From Dehalococcoidia bacterium (GTDB lineage: Bacteria > Chloroflexota > Dehalococcoidia > SM23-28-2): a DNA stretch of 64,000 nt. The stretch is from assembly GCA_020356025.1 (NCBI GenBank), contig CP070630.1, forward strand, positions 1,173,702-1,237,701, written 5' to 3'. Positions 17,130-26,716 of this stretch are shown piece by piece. The position numbers were made by a program, and so were the translations under genes. The notes under the pieces are model-generated. The model had not been told where the DNA came from. It was given only the letters and a program-made list of their open reading frames with translations, and searched no databases. The stretch's first letter is position 1. Each line of letters begins with the position of its first letter.

Positions 17130-18689
17130 TTGACCGCTACTCTCGTGCTACACAATGCGCGCGTGATCACGATGGAGCCGCGGCAGCCGCGCGCCCAGGC
17201 TGTCGCTGTCGAGGGCGGGCGCATCCTGGCGGTCGGCTCGGATGAGGAGATCCGTCGCCAGGTTAGAGGCGCTCAGGCCGAGGCCATCGACTGCCGAGGG
17301 CAGGCGGTGCTTCCCGGCTTCATCGACGCGCACTGCCACGTGCTGGCGTATGCCGCCAACCTCCTCGCTGTGGACTGCAGCCCAGATGCTGTATCGTCCA
17401 TCGGCGACATCCAGGCGGCTGTGCGGCGGCAGGCGGAGGCCACTCCCGCTGGGCGCTGGATCCGCGCCGTCGGCTACAGCGAGATCGACCTGGCCGAGGG
17501 ACGCCATCCCACTCGCTGGGATCTTGACCTCGCGGCACCGGATCACCCGGTGCGGCTGATCCACCTTAGCGGCCACGCATGCGTCCTCAACAGCCTGGGC
17601 CTGCATCTGTGCGGCATCGGTGGGGAGACTGAGGAGCCGCCCGGCGGGTACATGGAGCGTGACGCCGCCAGCGGCGAGCCCAGCGGTCTCCTGCTGGAGA
17701 TGAACGAGCTGGTGAGGCGGGCTGTTCCTCCTCTGAGTTGGGAAGAGCTTGCTGAGGGCGTGCGCCTGGCCAGCGGGCGTTTCCTGACCGCAGGCATCAC
17801 GTCTGTTGTGGACGCGAGCCACACGAACGGGCCGCCAGAGTGGGAGCTTCTGCGACGGCTGTGTGAAGAGGGGCATCTGCTGCCCCGCCTGACGGCTATG
17901 GTGGGCTTCGACCATCGAGAGGCAGCCGGCCGCTGGAAGGAGGACGAAGGCGGCGGTGGCTGCGTTGAGTTGGGGGCGGTGAAGATCGGCATCAAGGAAT
18001 TGGGGGAGGAGATCTACCCCGAGGAGGATGTCCTGGCAGAGATGGTGGCCCAGGCCCACGCTCAGGGCTGGCAGGTGTCCATTCACGCCGTGGAGGAACG
18101 GGCGGTGGCTGCCGCTGCTGGCGCCCTGTCGCGGGCGCTGGCGCAGCTCCCACGCCAGGATCATCGCCATCGCATCGAGCACTGCAGTGTCTGCCCGCCG
18201 GCGCTGGCGGAGCGGATAGGGAAGGCGGAGGTGATGGTGGTCACTCAGCCGTCGTTCCTCTACTACAACCTCGACCGCTACCTGCGGCAGGTGGCGCCGC
18301 AGAGGCAGGCCTACCTCTATCCCCTGCGCTCGCTCCTGAGGGCGGGCGTTCGCTTGGCTGCCGGCTCTGACTGCCCGGTGGTCGGGCCGGAGGTCGTTGC
18401 TGGGCTGCATGGGGCCGTCGCGCGTCGCAGCAAGGGGGGTCAGGAGGTCGGGGGGGAGGAGAGCATCTCGATCGAGGAGGCGCTGGGGCAGTACACGACG
18501 GGAGCGGCCTACGCCTCCTTCGCTGAAGGGGAGCGGGGCAGCATCGCTCCGGGCAGGCTGGCCGATCTGGTGGTGCTGTCGGGCGATCCGATGGCCTGCC
18601 AGCCGGGCGAACTGCTGGCTCTGCGACCGCAGATGACTATCGTCGGAGGGCGGGTGGTCTGGCGCGCCGAGGAATCGGGCGCCGCGTAG
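17130..18689 (+). CDS. Amidohydrolase family metal-dependent hydrolase (YtcJ-like, amidohydrolase 3)
   Basis: LHNARVITMEP...AVAVEGGRILAVGSDEE...PGFIDAHCH, later SIHAVE and AAGSDCPV. TTG start. Confidence 0.85.
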   Translation: MTATLVLHNARVITMEPRQPRAQAVAVEGGRILAVGSDEEIRRQVRGAQAEAIDCRGQAVLPGFIDAHCHVLAYAANLLAVDCSPDAVSSIGDIQAAVRRQAEATPAGRWIRAVGYSEIDLAEGRHPTRWDLDLAAPDHPVRLIHLSGHACVLNSLGLHLCGIGGETEEPPGGYMERDAASGEPSGLLLEMNELVRRAVPPLSWEELAEGVRLASGRFLTAGITSVVDASHTNGPPEWELLRRLCEEGHLLPRLTAMVGFDHREAAGRWKEDEGGGGCVELGAVKIGIKELGEEIYPEEDVLAEMVAQAHAQGWQVSIHAVEERAVAAAAGALSRALAQLPRQDHRHRIEHCSVCPPALAERIGKAEVMVVTQPSFLYYNLDRYLRQVAPQRQAYLYPLRSLLRAGVRLAAGSDCPVVGPEVVAGLHGAVARRSKGGQEVGGEESISIEEALGQYTTGAAYASFAEGERGSIAPGRLADLVVLSGDPMACQPGELLALRPQMTIVGGRVVWRAEESGAA

Positions 18690-18691
18690 GG

Positions 18692-18720
18692 TTGACTGTA
18701 AGCTATGACATAAATAAGAT
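18692..18720 (+). promoter_or_regulatory. Candidate promoter for rpsU operon
   Basis: TTGACT-N17-TAAGAT in a locally AT-rich stretch. Confidence 0.5.
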
Positions 18721-18765
18721 TGGACACGTGCCTTCATTATCCATGGCCAGGGGGAGGGGAAGTAT

Positions 18766-18960
18766 TTGCCGGAAGTAGTCGTGGGCCCGAACGAAACGTT
18801 CGAGCAGGCCCTGAGACGATTCAGCAAAATAGTCCAGCAGACGGGCGTTCTGGCTGAAGCACGACGGCGGGAGCACTACGAGCCGCCCAGCGTCAAGGCC
18901 AAGAAGAAGAAAGCTGCCAAACTGCGCAAGAGCCGCAAGAACAGTCGCCGCTTTAGGTAG
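18766..18960 (+). CDS. rpsU: 30S ribosomal protein S21
   Basis: PEVVVGPNETFEQALRRFSKIVQQTGVLAEARRREHYEPPSVKAKKKK. Confidence 0.9.
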   Translation: MPEVVVGPNETFEQALRRFSKIVQQTGVLAEARRREHYEPPSVKAKKKKAAKLRKSRKNSRRFR

Positions 18961-18976
18961 TCTGAATTCGCTCAAT

Positions 18977-19435
18977 ATGACCCTCAAGGATACACTTGCA
19001 GGCGATCTGAAGGATGCCATCCGCGGCCGCGATGAGCGGCGCAAGACGGCTATTCGTATGGTGATGGCATCCGTCAAGAATGCCGAGGTGGCTGGCGGTG
19101 AGCCTCTGGACGATGCGGGTGTGCTGAAGGTGATCACCAAAGAGGTGCGCAGGCATCGCGAGAGCATCGAGGGGTTTCAGAAGGGCGGGCGCCAGGATCT
19201 GGTGGACGCGGAAGAGGCGGAACTGGCCGTCCTTCAGGCTTACTTGCCCCCTGCCATGTCTCGCGAGGAGATCGTCAAGGCAGCGCGCGAGGTCATCGCT
19301 CAGACGGGAGCAAGCGGGCCAGCCGACAAGGGCAAGGTGATGCCCGTCCTCATCTCTCAGCTAGCAGGCCGGGCCGAGGGCCGCGAGATAAACGAGGTGG
19401 TCACGGAACTGCTGGCCGAAGCCTCTCAGTCCTAG
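18977..19435 (+). CDS. GatB/YqeY domain-containing protein
   Basis: MTLKDTLAGDLKDAIRGRDERRKTAIRMVMASVKNAEV...; typical neighbour of rpsU. Confidence 0.85.
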   Translation: MTLKDTLAGDLKDAIRGRDERRKTAIRMVMASVKNAEVAGGEPLDDAGVLKVITKEVRRHRESIEGFQKGGRQDLVDAEEAELAVLQAYLPPAMSREEIVKAAREVIAQTGASGPADKGKVMPVLISQLAGRAEGREINEVVTELLAEASQS

Positions 19436-19492
19436 CCTTCCTACTCCTCTTGTCCTTTCGCCTGCGATTCGCGTCTGATATCATGGGAAGAC

Positions 19493-21190
19493 GTGACTAG
19501 GCAGGCGCAATCTGTGCGTACGAGATCGACCACTGGAAGGGCAATTTCGGGCCTGCGGGCGGCCGTCTTCAGCGCCGTCGTAGGAGTGGTCCTCATCTTC
19601 ATTCTGTTCCCCGTCTTTCCCGCGCCCTTCGATGTCCGGGAGGGTGACATTGCCACACGGGACATCACCGCCCACGGCGAGGTCATCGTCCAGGAGGGGC
19701 AGGTCGTCGGGGCCACGGCGATGGAGCAGCTTCGGGATGCCGGGCTGGCAGACGTGCACCTGCAGGGAGAGCACGTGGCCGCGGCGGTGTTGGCGGCACT
19801 GCTGGGAGCGCTGGCCCTGGGGGGCTACCTGTACCTCTTTCAGCCCAGGGATGCCTCCAGCCTGCCTCGGCTTATGCTGCTGGCCTTATTGGTCATGCTG
19901 TGGGTAGCGGCCGCCAAGCTCCTGCTGGGTCAGGTGCTGCCCGACGACGACAGGATGTTCCTGGCTTACCTTCTGCCGGTAGCAGCGGCGCCGATGCTGG
20001 TGGCCGCGCTCCTTGATGCGGGCCTGGCGGTGACGGTGGCGGCCGTTCTGGCCTTCCTCGTTACCTTTGCCGGCTTCTATCAGCCCGATGCTCGTAGTGT
20101 GGTGGCCAGCAACCCGACGGGGGCTTTCCAGATGGCGGCGGTGTTCACGCTGGCCGGCCTGGTGGGCATATACGGCGTTCATCGGGCGGAGCGAGTGAAT
20201 CGCTACCTGATGGCCGGCGCGGGCGTGGCCTTCATCTCGTTCGTCGGTCTGCTGATCTTTTGGCTGCTCGACCCCGGGCGTGAGGGGCTGGATCTGCCCT
20301 GGGCCCTTCTGACCACCAGCCTGGGGGGACTTCTGTCGGCGGTGATCACGGTGGGAGCCTTCATCGTCCTGGGCCTGATGTTTGGGATCACCACGCGCGT
20401 GCAGCTCATGGAGCTGGCCCAGCTCAACCATCCCCTCTTGCGGCGACTACAGGCGGAGGCGCCAGGCACCTTCCACCACTGCGTTGTGGTGAGCAACCTG
20501 GCCGAGCGGGCGGCCGACCTGGTGGAGGCCGACTCGCTGCTGGTGCGCGTGGGCTGCTATTACCACGATATCGGCAAGATGATGCGTCCCAGCTTCTACA
20601 TCGAGAACCAGTTGGACAACCGCAACCCCCACGAGAGGCTGGATCCCTACACCAGCGCGAGGGTCATCCTGGCGCATGTGGCGGCCGGGATGGAGCTGGC
20701 GCGCAAGCACAGGCTTCCGCCGCAGGTGAGGGCTTTCATCAACGAGCACCACGGGACTCGCCTGGTGACGTATTTCTATCGCAAGGCGAGTCAGGAGAAC
20801 CCGAACGTGGACCCCCGCCTGTTTGCCTACGCTGGCCCGAAGCCCCAGAGCAAGGAGACGGCCATCGTCATGCTGGCCGACTCGGCGGAGTCGGTGGTGC
20901 GCAGCAGCCGCGACCGCTCGCCGGAGCGGATCGACGCGCTCGTGGACGCGGTGATCTCGGAGCGGCTGACCGAGGGCCAGCTAGAGGAATGCGACCTCAC
21001 GCTGCGCGACCTGAAGGTGATCGGTGAGTCGTTCAAGGCTGACCTGCGAGGGGTCTACCACCCGCGCGTCGAGTACCCTCCTCCCACGGAGGAGGAGAGG
21101 GCGGCGCAGGCAGCCCGCTTCCTGGAGCAGGTGCCCCCCGCGCCGATCGACGGCAGTTCGCCGCCGATGGAGATAGAGCGGCCGGCGTAA
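19493..21190 (+). CDS. 7TM-HD (HDIG) membrane phosphohydrolase, PgpH/YqfF-like
   Basis: A central block of hydrophobic helices, then the HD domain HHCVVVSNLAERAA...YYHDIGK...NEHHGT. The start is uncertain. Confidence 0.8.
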   Translation: MTRQAQSVRTRSTTGRAISGLRAAVFSAVVGVVLIFILFPVFPAPFDVREGDIATRDITAHGEVIVQEGQVVGATAMEQLRDAGLADVHLQGEHVAAAVLAALLGALALGGYLYLFQPRDASSLPRLMLLALLVMLWVAAAKLLLGQVLPDDDRMFLAYLLPVAAAPMLVAALLDAGLAVTVAAVLAFLVTFAGFYQPDARSVVASNPTGAFQMAAVFTLAGLVGIYGVHRAERVNRYLMAGAGVAFISFVGLLIFWLLDPGREGLDLPWALLTTSLGGLLSAVITVGAFIVLGLMFGITTRVQLMELAQLNHPLLRRLQAEAPGTFHHCVVVSNLAERAADLVEADSLLVRVGCYYHDIGKMMRPSFYIENQLDNRNPHERLDPYTSARVILAHVAAGMELARKHRLPPQVRAFINEHHGTRLVTYFYRKASQENPNVDPRLFAYAGPKPQSKETAIVMLADSAESVVRSSRDRSPERIDALVDAVISERLTEGQLEECDLTLRDLKVIGESFKADLRGVYHPRVEYPPPTEEERAAQAARFLEQVPPAPIDGSSPPMEIERPA

Positions 21191-21221
21191 GCTGCCGGAG
21201 GGCTTCGAAAGACGACAGAGG

Positions 21222-21250
21222 GTGCCAGCGAGGCCGCCGTCGGGTATAAT
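21222..21250 (+). promoter_or_regulatory. Candidate promoter giving a leaderless or near-leaderless purQ mRNA
   Basis: GTGCCA-N17-TATAAT. The -10 element ends 9 nt before ATG 21260. The only SD-like GGGAG abuts the ATG with no spacer. Confidence 0.35.
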
Positions 21251-21259
21251 CGACGGGAG

Positions 21260-21961
21260 ATGCGCTTCGCGGTCATCGTTTTCCCGGGCACCTGGAGCGA
21301 CGGCGACTGCTACTACGTCCTGAACGACATCCTGGGCCAGCCCACGGACTATGTGTGGCATCGTGAGGCCGACCTCTCCCCCTATGACTGCATCATCCTG
21401 CCCGGCGGCTTCTCCTACGGCGACTACCTGCGGGCGGGGGCCATCGCGCGCTTCTCGCCGGTGATGGAGTCGGTGGTGCGCCAGGCTCAGGTGGGCAAGC
21501 TGGTCCTGGGCATCTGCAACGGCTTCCAGATCCTGTGCGAGGCGGGGCTGCTGCCGGGCGCTCTGATACGGAACGAGAGCCTCCAGTACCGCTGCCAGTG
21601 GGTGAACCTGCGGGTGGAGAACATCGATACGCCCTTCACCATCGCCTGCCGGCAGGGGCAGGTGCTGGGCATCCCCATCGGGCACGGCGAGGGCCGCTAC
21701 TACGCCGACGCCGAGACGCTGGCGCGTCTGGAGGCAGAAGGGCAGGTGGTCTTCCGCTACTGCGACGCCGACGGCCAGGCGACGGCGGAGGCCAATCCCA
21801 ACGGCAGCGCCAACAACATCGCCGGCATCGTCAACGAGCGGGGAAACGTGCTGGGGATGATGCCTCACCCTGAGCGGGCGAGCGAGGCGCTGCTGGGAGG
21901 CGAGGGCGGTCTTCCCATCTGGCGCTCGATCATCGAAGCCTCGGCGCCGAGCGCGGCGTGA
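21260..21961 (+). CDS. purQ: Phosphoribosylformylglycinamidine synthase subunit PurQ (glutaminase)
   Basis: [38 protein letters not shown] and MMPHPER. Confidence 0.95.
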   Translation: MRFAVIVFPGTWSDGDCYYVLNDILGQPTDYVWHREADLSPYDCIILPGGFSYGDYLRAGAIARFSPVMESVVRQAQVGKLVLGICNGFQILCEAGLLPGALIRNESLQYRCQWVNLRVENIDTPFTIACRQGQVLGIPIGHGEGRYYADAETLARLEAEGQVVFRYCDADGQATAEANPNGSANNIAGIVNERGNVLGMMPHPERASEALLGGEGGLPIWRSIIEASAPSAA

Positions 21962-21976
21962 GAAGGGGGTACGGCT

Positions 21977-23083
21977 ATGGCTACGGCTGAATCGGCACCT
22001 TACCCGGCGATCTTCGAGGCGGTGTGTCCGGAGCGGGTGTCGCGCTGGAAGGTGCTGCTGCGCATCTTCCTGGCGATTCCGGTCCTCATATTCTGGGCGG
22101 TCGTGTCGTCAGCCGCGGACGCTGTGGTGCTGGGCTCGTGGCTGGCGATCATCGTCAGGCGGCGGATACCGCGCTGGCTGTTCGACTTCCAGGTGGCGCT
22201 CTATCGCTGGCAATACCGAGCGATGAGCTACGTTCTTCTGCTGACGGAGGCGTATCCGCCCTTCGAGGGCGACTACCCCATCGACTTCGACGTGCGCTAT
22301 CCGGAGCGGCTTATCCGCTGGAAGGTTCTCGTCTGGAAGGTCATCACCTCTATTCCCCACTTCATCCTTCTTTTCTTCCTGTGGATAGGCGCTCTGCTGG
22401 CAACCATTGTGGCGTGGTTCTACGCTCTCATTGCGGGGCGATATCCCAAGGGGCTGTTCGACTACGTGGTGGGGGTGATCCGCTGGAGCGCGCGGGTCAA
22501 CGCGTATGTTCTCTCCCTTACGGACGAGTATCCGCCCTTCAACCTGTCGGCGACGGCTGGGCCAGCAGGCGGGGACGCCTACCTCATCTCTTCCATCATC
22601 GGCTTTCTGCTGACGGGGGGAATCATCGCTGGAGGAGTCGTACTGGCAGTAACCCTGCCGGAGGATCTGGAGGTGGAGGTGAACTACGAGCGGTTGCAGG
22701 CGGGCGTGCCGGCTATGGGCGTGGAGGTCGGTGATGTGAGGGTGTCGATGCTTTCGGCGACCGACCCGCTGGCGGAGGAGGAGACGCTTCTGGAGCCGGA
22801 GAGCGGCAACCGGCTGATCATGTTCGAGTTCTCGATGCTGAACGATAGCTGGCGGGACGTCGAGATCAAGAAGTCGGACTTCAAGCTCAAGGACGAAGAA
22901 GGGGACAAGCACGACACCGAACTGGTGACGGTCGACGGTCACGCCGCGCCGGAGGAGGTGGAGGAGGACGAGCTGACGACAGTGCAGGTTGTGTTCGAGG
23001 TGCCCTCGGAGGTGGACCCGGAGCGGCTGGACTTCTCGCCGGGGTTCGCCTTCGCCAAGACGGTGAAGTACGTGTTCGAGTGA
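21977..23083 (+). CDS. DUF4389 membrane protein (two DUF4389 modules) with extra helix and C-terminal DUF4352-like beta domain
   Basis: Repeated ...RWK(V)L...IPH/IPV...AWF..L..GRYPKGLFD....RW..RVNAY...LTDEYPPF modules. The C-terminal part reads ...LIMFEFSMLNDSWRDVEIKKSDFKLKDEEGDKHD...VQVVFEVPSEVD. Confidence 0.75.
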   Translation: MATAESAPYPAIFEAVCPERVSRWKVLLRIFLAIPVLIFWAVVSSAADAVVLGSWLAIIVRRRIPRWLFDFQVALYRWQYRAMSYVLLLTEAYPPFEGDYPIDFDVRYPERLIRWKVLVWKVITSIPHFILLFFLWIGALLATIVAWFYALIAGRYPKGLFDYVVGVIRWSARVNAYVLSLTDEYPPFNLSATAGPAGGDAYLISSIIGFLLTGGIIAGGVVLAVTLPEDLEVEVNYERLQAGVPAMGVEVGDVRVSMLSATDPLAEEETLLEPESGNRLIMFEFSMLNDSWRDVEIKKSDFKLKDEEGDKHDTELVTVDGHAAPEEVEEDELTTVQVVFEVPSEVDPERLDFSPGFAFAKTVKYVFE

Positions 23084-23090
23084 GGGGGCG

Positions 23091-23119
23091 TTGACAGCCT
23101 TCGCCGTGGCGTGTAAGTT
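23091..23119 (+). promoter_or_regulatory. Candidate internal promoter upstream of the second DUF4389 gene
   Basis: TTGACA-N17-TAAGTT. Confidence 0.4.
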
Positions 23120-23154
23120 GGCGGCGGCAAGGCATTCTTAGAGGAGGGAGTGCT

Positions 23155-23730
23155 ATGGCTACTGAAGGTGCTGCTTATCCCGTGACCTTCGATGTGGACC
23201 ACCCGGAACGCCTCTCGCGCTGGAAGATCTTCGTCAAGTGGCTTCTGGCCTTTCCCCACTACATTGTGCTGATGCTCTACGGCATCGCCTATTTCGTTAC
23301 GCTGATCATCGCCTGGTTCGCCATCCTGTTCACCGGCCGCTACCCACGGGGGCTGTTCGACTTCGCGGTGGGCCTGTTGCGCTGGAGCGCTCGCGTGAAT
23401 GTCTACACGAATCTCCTGCGGGACGAATATCCGCCGTTCGGTACCGGCGGCGACTACCCGGCGCGGCTGGAGGTTGAGTACCCGGAGCAGCTCTCGCGCT
23501 GGAAGATATTCGTCAAGTGGTTTCTGGCCATCCCCCACCTGATCATCCTCTACGGCTACGGCATCTTGGCCAACGCCATTACGCTCGTGGCTTTCTTCAT
23601 TATCCTGTTCACCGCGAGCTATCCGAAGGCCCTGTTCGATCTGGTCGTGGGCTACTACCGCTGGAACAATCGGGTCTACGCCTACGTGCTGCTGCTGACG
23701 GACGAATACCCGCCGTTCACCAACGCTTAG
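23155..23730 (+). CDS. DUF4389 membrane protein (two modules)
   Basis: YPVTFDVDHPERLSRWKIFVKWLLAFPHYIVL...AWFAILFTGRYPRGLFDFAVGLLRWSARVNVYTNLLRDEYPPF, then a second copy of the same module. AGGAGGGAG SD. Confidence 0.8.
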   Translation: MATEGAAYPVTFDVDHPERLSRWKIFVKWLLAFPHYIVLMLYGIAYFVTLIIAWFAILFTGRYPRGLFDFAVGLLRWSARVNVYTNLLRDEYPPFGTGGDYPARLEVEYPEQLSRWKIFVKWFLAIPHLIILYGYGILANAITLVAFFIILFTASYPKALFDLVVGYYRWNNRVYAYVLLLTDEYPPFTNA

Positions 23731-23802
23731 GGATGGCTGGGGCCTCGGTGCGGGGCCAGGAATCACGTTTGTGTTTTAGAGGCACCTCGAGGAGGGAATC
23801 CT

Positions 23803-24423
23803 ATGGCTGATGAGGCTGTTGCATATCCCGTCACCTACGACGTCGAGCCTCAGATCGCTGAGCGGAACCGGCTGACGGTCGCCTTCCGGTTCATCCTCGC
23901 GATCCCGCACCTACTGCTCGTGGGAGGCCCGGGATTTGGGCTTGGGGTGGGCAGTGACCGGACAGGGGTCCTGGGAACGGTGGCCGCAGTCGCGGCGATC
24001 ATCAACTGGTTCATCATCGTGTTCACAGGGCGGGCCAACGAGGGCCTCCTGAGCCTGCAGCAGTACTACCTCCGCTGGCGGGCACGCGCGCTAGCCTATG
24101 AGGCCCTCCTGCGCGATGAGTATCCGCCCTTCGGCGACGGCGATTACCCGGTCTCGGCTGACTTCCCCGCCGTCATCGAGGGCAGGAACCGCTGGACGGT
24201 GGGCTTCCGGTTGCTGTTGGCTATTCCACAGGCGATAGTGCTCTTTTTCGTACTCATCGCCTGGGTGGTCACGGCCATCATAGGCTGGTTCGCCGTGCTC
24301 TTCACTGGTCGCTACCCCAATGGCCTCTGGCAGTTCGGCCAAGGTGCGATGAGGTGGACTTTGCGGGTCGAAGCATACCTTCTTTTGCTTCGTGACGAAT
24401 ATCCGCCTTTCTCCCTGCAATAG
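23803..24423 (+). CDS. DUF4389 membrane protein (two modules)
   Basis: YPVTYDVEPQIAERNRLTVAFRFILAIPH...FTGRANEGL...LLRDEYPPF, then ...GWFAVLFTGRYPNGLWQFGQGAMRWTLRVEAYLLLLRDEYPPF. Confidence 0.8.
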   Translation: MADEAVAYPVTYDVEPQIAERNRLTVAFRFILAIPHLLLVGGPGFGLGVGSDRTGVLGTVAAVAAIINWFIIVFTGRANEGLLSLQQYYLRWRARALAYEALLRDEYPPFGDGDYPVSADFPAVIEGRNRWTVGFRLLLAIPQAIVLFFVLIAWVVTAIIGWFAVLFTGRYPNGLWQFGQGAMRWTLRVEAYLLLLRDEYPPFSLQ

Positions 24424-24445
24424 ATCGCCCACCTTGTGCTAAGAT

Positions 24446-24474
24446 GGCTGTGGCCCCGCACCGGAGCCACAGCC
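24446..24474 (+). promoter_or_regulatory. GC-rich hairpin abutting the purL start codon
   Basis: GGCUGUGGC-(11 nt)-GCCACAGCC, a perfect 9-bp stem ending one base before ATG 24475. The only GGAG lies at the junction of loop and 3' arm. Confidence 0.35.
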
Positions 24475-26691
24475 ATGTCTGTATCGCAGAGTTTCCTCGA
24501 CCAGATCGCCCTGAGCTGGGATGAGTACGAGCTCATTGTGGAGCGCCTGGGGCGCGAGCCCAACGAGCTCGAGCTGGGCATGTTCGGCGCGCTGTGGAGC
24601 GAGCACTGCGGCTACAAGAACTCCGGGCCGCTACTGCGCATTCTGCCGTCTGAAGGGCCCTTTGTGCTCACCCGGCGGGGAGCCGAGAACGCCGGCGCCG
24701 TCGACATCGGCGACGGGCTGTGCGTGGTGATGAAGATCGAGTCCCACAATCATCCGTCGGCGATCGAGCCGTACCAGGGGGCGGCGACCGGCATCGGCGG
24801 CATCGTGCGGGATGTCTTCGCGATGGGGGCGCGGCCTATCGCGCTGCTGGACTCGCTGCGCTTCGGGCCGCTCAACGAGCAGCGGAATCGCTACCTGTTC
24901 GAGGGAGTGGTGGCGGGCATCGCTGGCTATGGCAACTGCCTGGGCATCCCCACCGTGGGGGGCGAGGTCTATTTCGAGAGGGCGTACTCTCAGAACCCGC
25001 TGATCAATGTGATGTGTGTTGGGGTGGTGCTCAAGGAGCAGCTGGCGAGCGCTCGGGCCACAGGAGCGGGCAATCCGCTGATGCTGGTGGGGGCGGACAC
25101 GGGACGCGACGGCCTGCACGGCGCCTCGGGTCTGGCCTCGCGCACCGACCCGCACGCTCGCTACGACGAGTTGCGGCCGGCGGTGCAGATAGGCGACCCG
25201 TTTCTGGAGAAGCTGCTGATGGAGGCCTGCCTGGACCTGGCTCACAACCACGCGGAGTGGATCGTCGGTATTCAGGATCTGGGGGCGGCCGGACTCACCG
25301 CCTCCTCCCTGGAGTCGGCGGCTAGAGGGGGCAGCGGCCTGGAGATCGACGTGGCCAAGGTGCCCCGGCGAGAGGAGGGGATGACTCCCTACGAGGTCAT
25401 GATCGCCGAGTCGCAGGAGCGCATGCTGATCATCGTCAGGAAGGGGCACGAGGACGACGTGAAGGCGCTGTTCGACCGCTGGGAACTGCGTTCGACGATC
25501 ATCGGCGTGGTGACGGACGACGGCCTGGCGCGCATCCGCGAGGGCGAGCGGGAGGTGGCACGGCTGCCGGTGGGGATGCTGACCGAGGCGCCCCAATACA
25601 GCCGGCAGGGGGTGCCGCCCGCTGAGTTGGCCGAGTTGCAGGCGTTTGAACTCGATTCGCTGCCGGACGAGACCGAGCCGGGGTCCGCTCTCCTGCGGCT
25701 GCTGTCGCGGCCCACTGTCGCTGGCAAGCAATGGGTGTACCGTCAGTACGACCACCACGTGCTCACCAATACTGCGGACGGCCCTGGGGGCGACGCTGCC
25801 GTGATGCGCATCCGGGGCACGAAAAAGGGCATCGCTCTGTGCACCGACGGCAACGGGCGCTACTGCTACCTGGACCCGTACGCGGGTGGGGCCATCGCTG
25901 TGGCGGAGGCGGCCCGCAATGTGGTCTGCGTGGGCGCGCAGCCCGTCGCCATCACCGACTGCCTGAACTTCGGGGACCCAAACCGGCCGGAGGTGTACTA
26001 CCAGATGGAGCAGGTCATCGGGGGGATGGCCGCGGCCTGCGCCAAGCTGGGCGTTCCTGTGATATCGGGCAACGTGAGCCTGTACAACGAGACCGGCGGG
26101 GAAGCCGTCTACCCGTCGCCGGTCATCGGCATGCTGGGGCTGCTGGAGGATGTCTCCCGTCGCTGCCCGATGGCCTTCGCTGAGGAGGGGCAGGAGGTGT
26201 TCCTGCTGGGCGGTGGGCTGGAGGGCGATGCCTCGGCGCTGGCGGGGAGCGAGTACCTGAAAGAGGCGCATGGCCTCGTGGCCGGGCGGCCATCGATCGA
26301 CCCCGATCTGGAGGTGCGGGTGCAGCGGGCGGCGCTGGAGGCCATTGGCGAGGGGCTGGCGACGGCCTGCCACGACTGCTCGGAGGGCGGCCTGGCGGTG
26401 GCGCTGGCGGAGATGTGCATCGGCGGCCTGGGTCTCGACGCCTCGGGTATCAAGACGGGCGGTCGTGTGGACGCTGCGCTGTTCGGCGAGAGGCAGTCGC
26501 GTATCGTGATGGCGGTTGCGCCGGAGGCGGGGGAACGACTGGCAGAGGTTGCGGCCGCCCACGATGTGCCCATCGCTCACATCGGGCGGGTGGCGGGCCA
26601 GCGGCTGGTGCTGGGGAGCTACGTCGACCTGCCGGTGGCCGAACTGGCGGTCGCCTATGGGGGAGGCGTGGAGAGGGCGCTGGGAACATGA
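24475..26691 (+). CDS. purL: Phosphoribosylformylglycinamidine synthase subunit PurL
   Basis: MSVSQSFLDQIALSWDEYELIVERLGREPNELELGMFGALWSEHCGYK, KIESHNHPS and GNVSLYNE. I prefer ATG 24475 over the track TTG 24436. Confidence 0.95.
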   Translation: MSVSQSFLDQIALSWDEYELIVERLGREPNELELGMFGALWSEHCGYKNSGPLLRILPSEGPFVLTRRGAENAGAVDIGDGLCVVMKIESHNHPSAIEPYQGAATGIGGIVRDVFAMGARPIALLDSLRFGPLNEQRNRYLFEGVVAGIAGYGNCLGIPTVGGEVYFERAYSQNPLINVMCVGVVLKEQLASARATGAGNPLMLVGADTGRDGLHGASGLASRTDPHARYDELRPAVQIGDPFLEKLLMEACLDLAHNHAEWIVGIQDLGAAGLTASSLESAARGGSGLEIDVAKVPRREEGMTPYEVMIAESQERMLIIVRKGHEDDVKALFDRWELRSTIIGVVTDDGLARIREGEREVARLPVGMLTEAPQYSRQGVPPAELAELQAFELDSLPDETEPGSALLRLLSRPTVAGKQWVYRQYDHHVLTNTADGPGGDAAVMRIRGTKKGIALCTDGNGRYCYLDPYAGGAIAVAEAARNVVCVGAQPVAITDCLNFGDPNRPEVYYQMEQVIGGMAAACAKLGVPVISGNVSLYNETGGEAVYPSPVIGMLGLLEDVSRRCPMAFAEEGQEVFLLGGGLEGDASALAGSEYLKEAHGLVAGRPSIDPDLEVRVQRAALEAIGEGLATACHDCSEGGLAVALAEMCIGGLGLDASGIKTGGRVDAALFGERQSRIVMAVAPEAGERLAEVAAAHDVPIAHIGRVAGQRLVLGSYVDLPVAELAVAYGGGVERALGT

Positions 26692-26716
26692 GGCGAGATG
26701 GGCTTGGCAGGAACGT

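Noticed and set aside
17148-18827. 559-aa minus-strand ORF
   Set aside because: Antisense shadow of the amidohydrolase gene. It is Arg/Pro/Gln-rich and runs through the rpsU promoter region.
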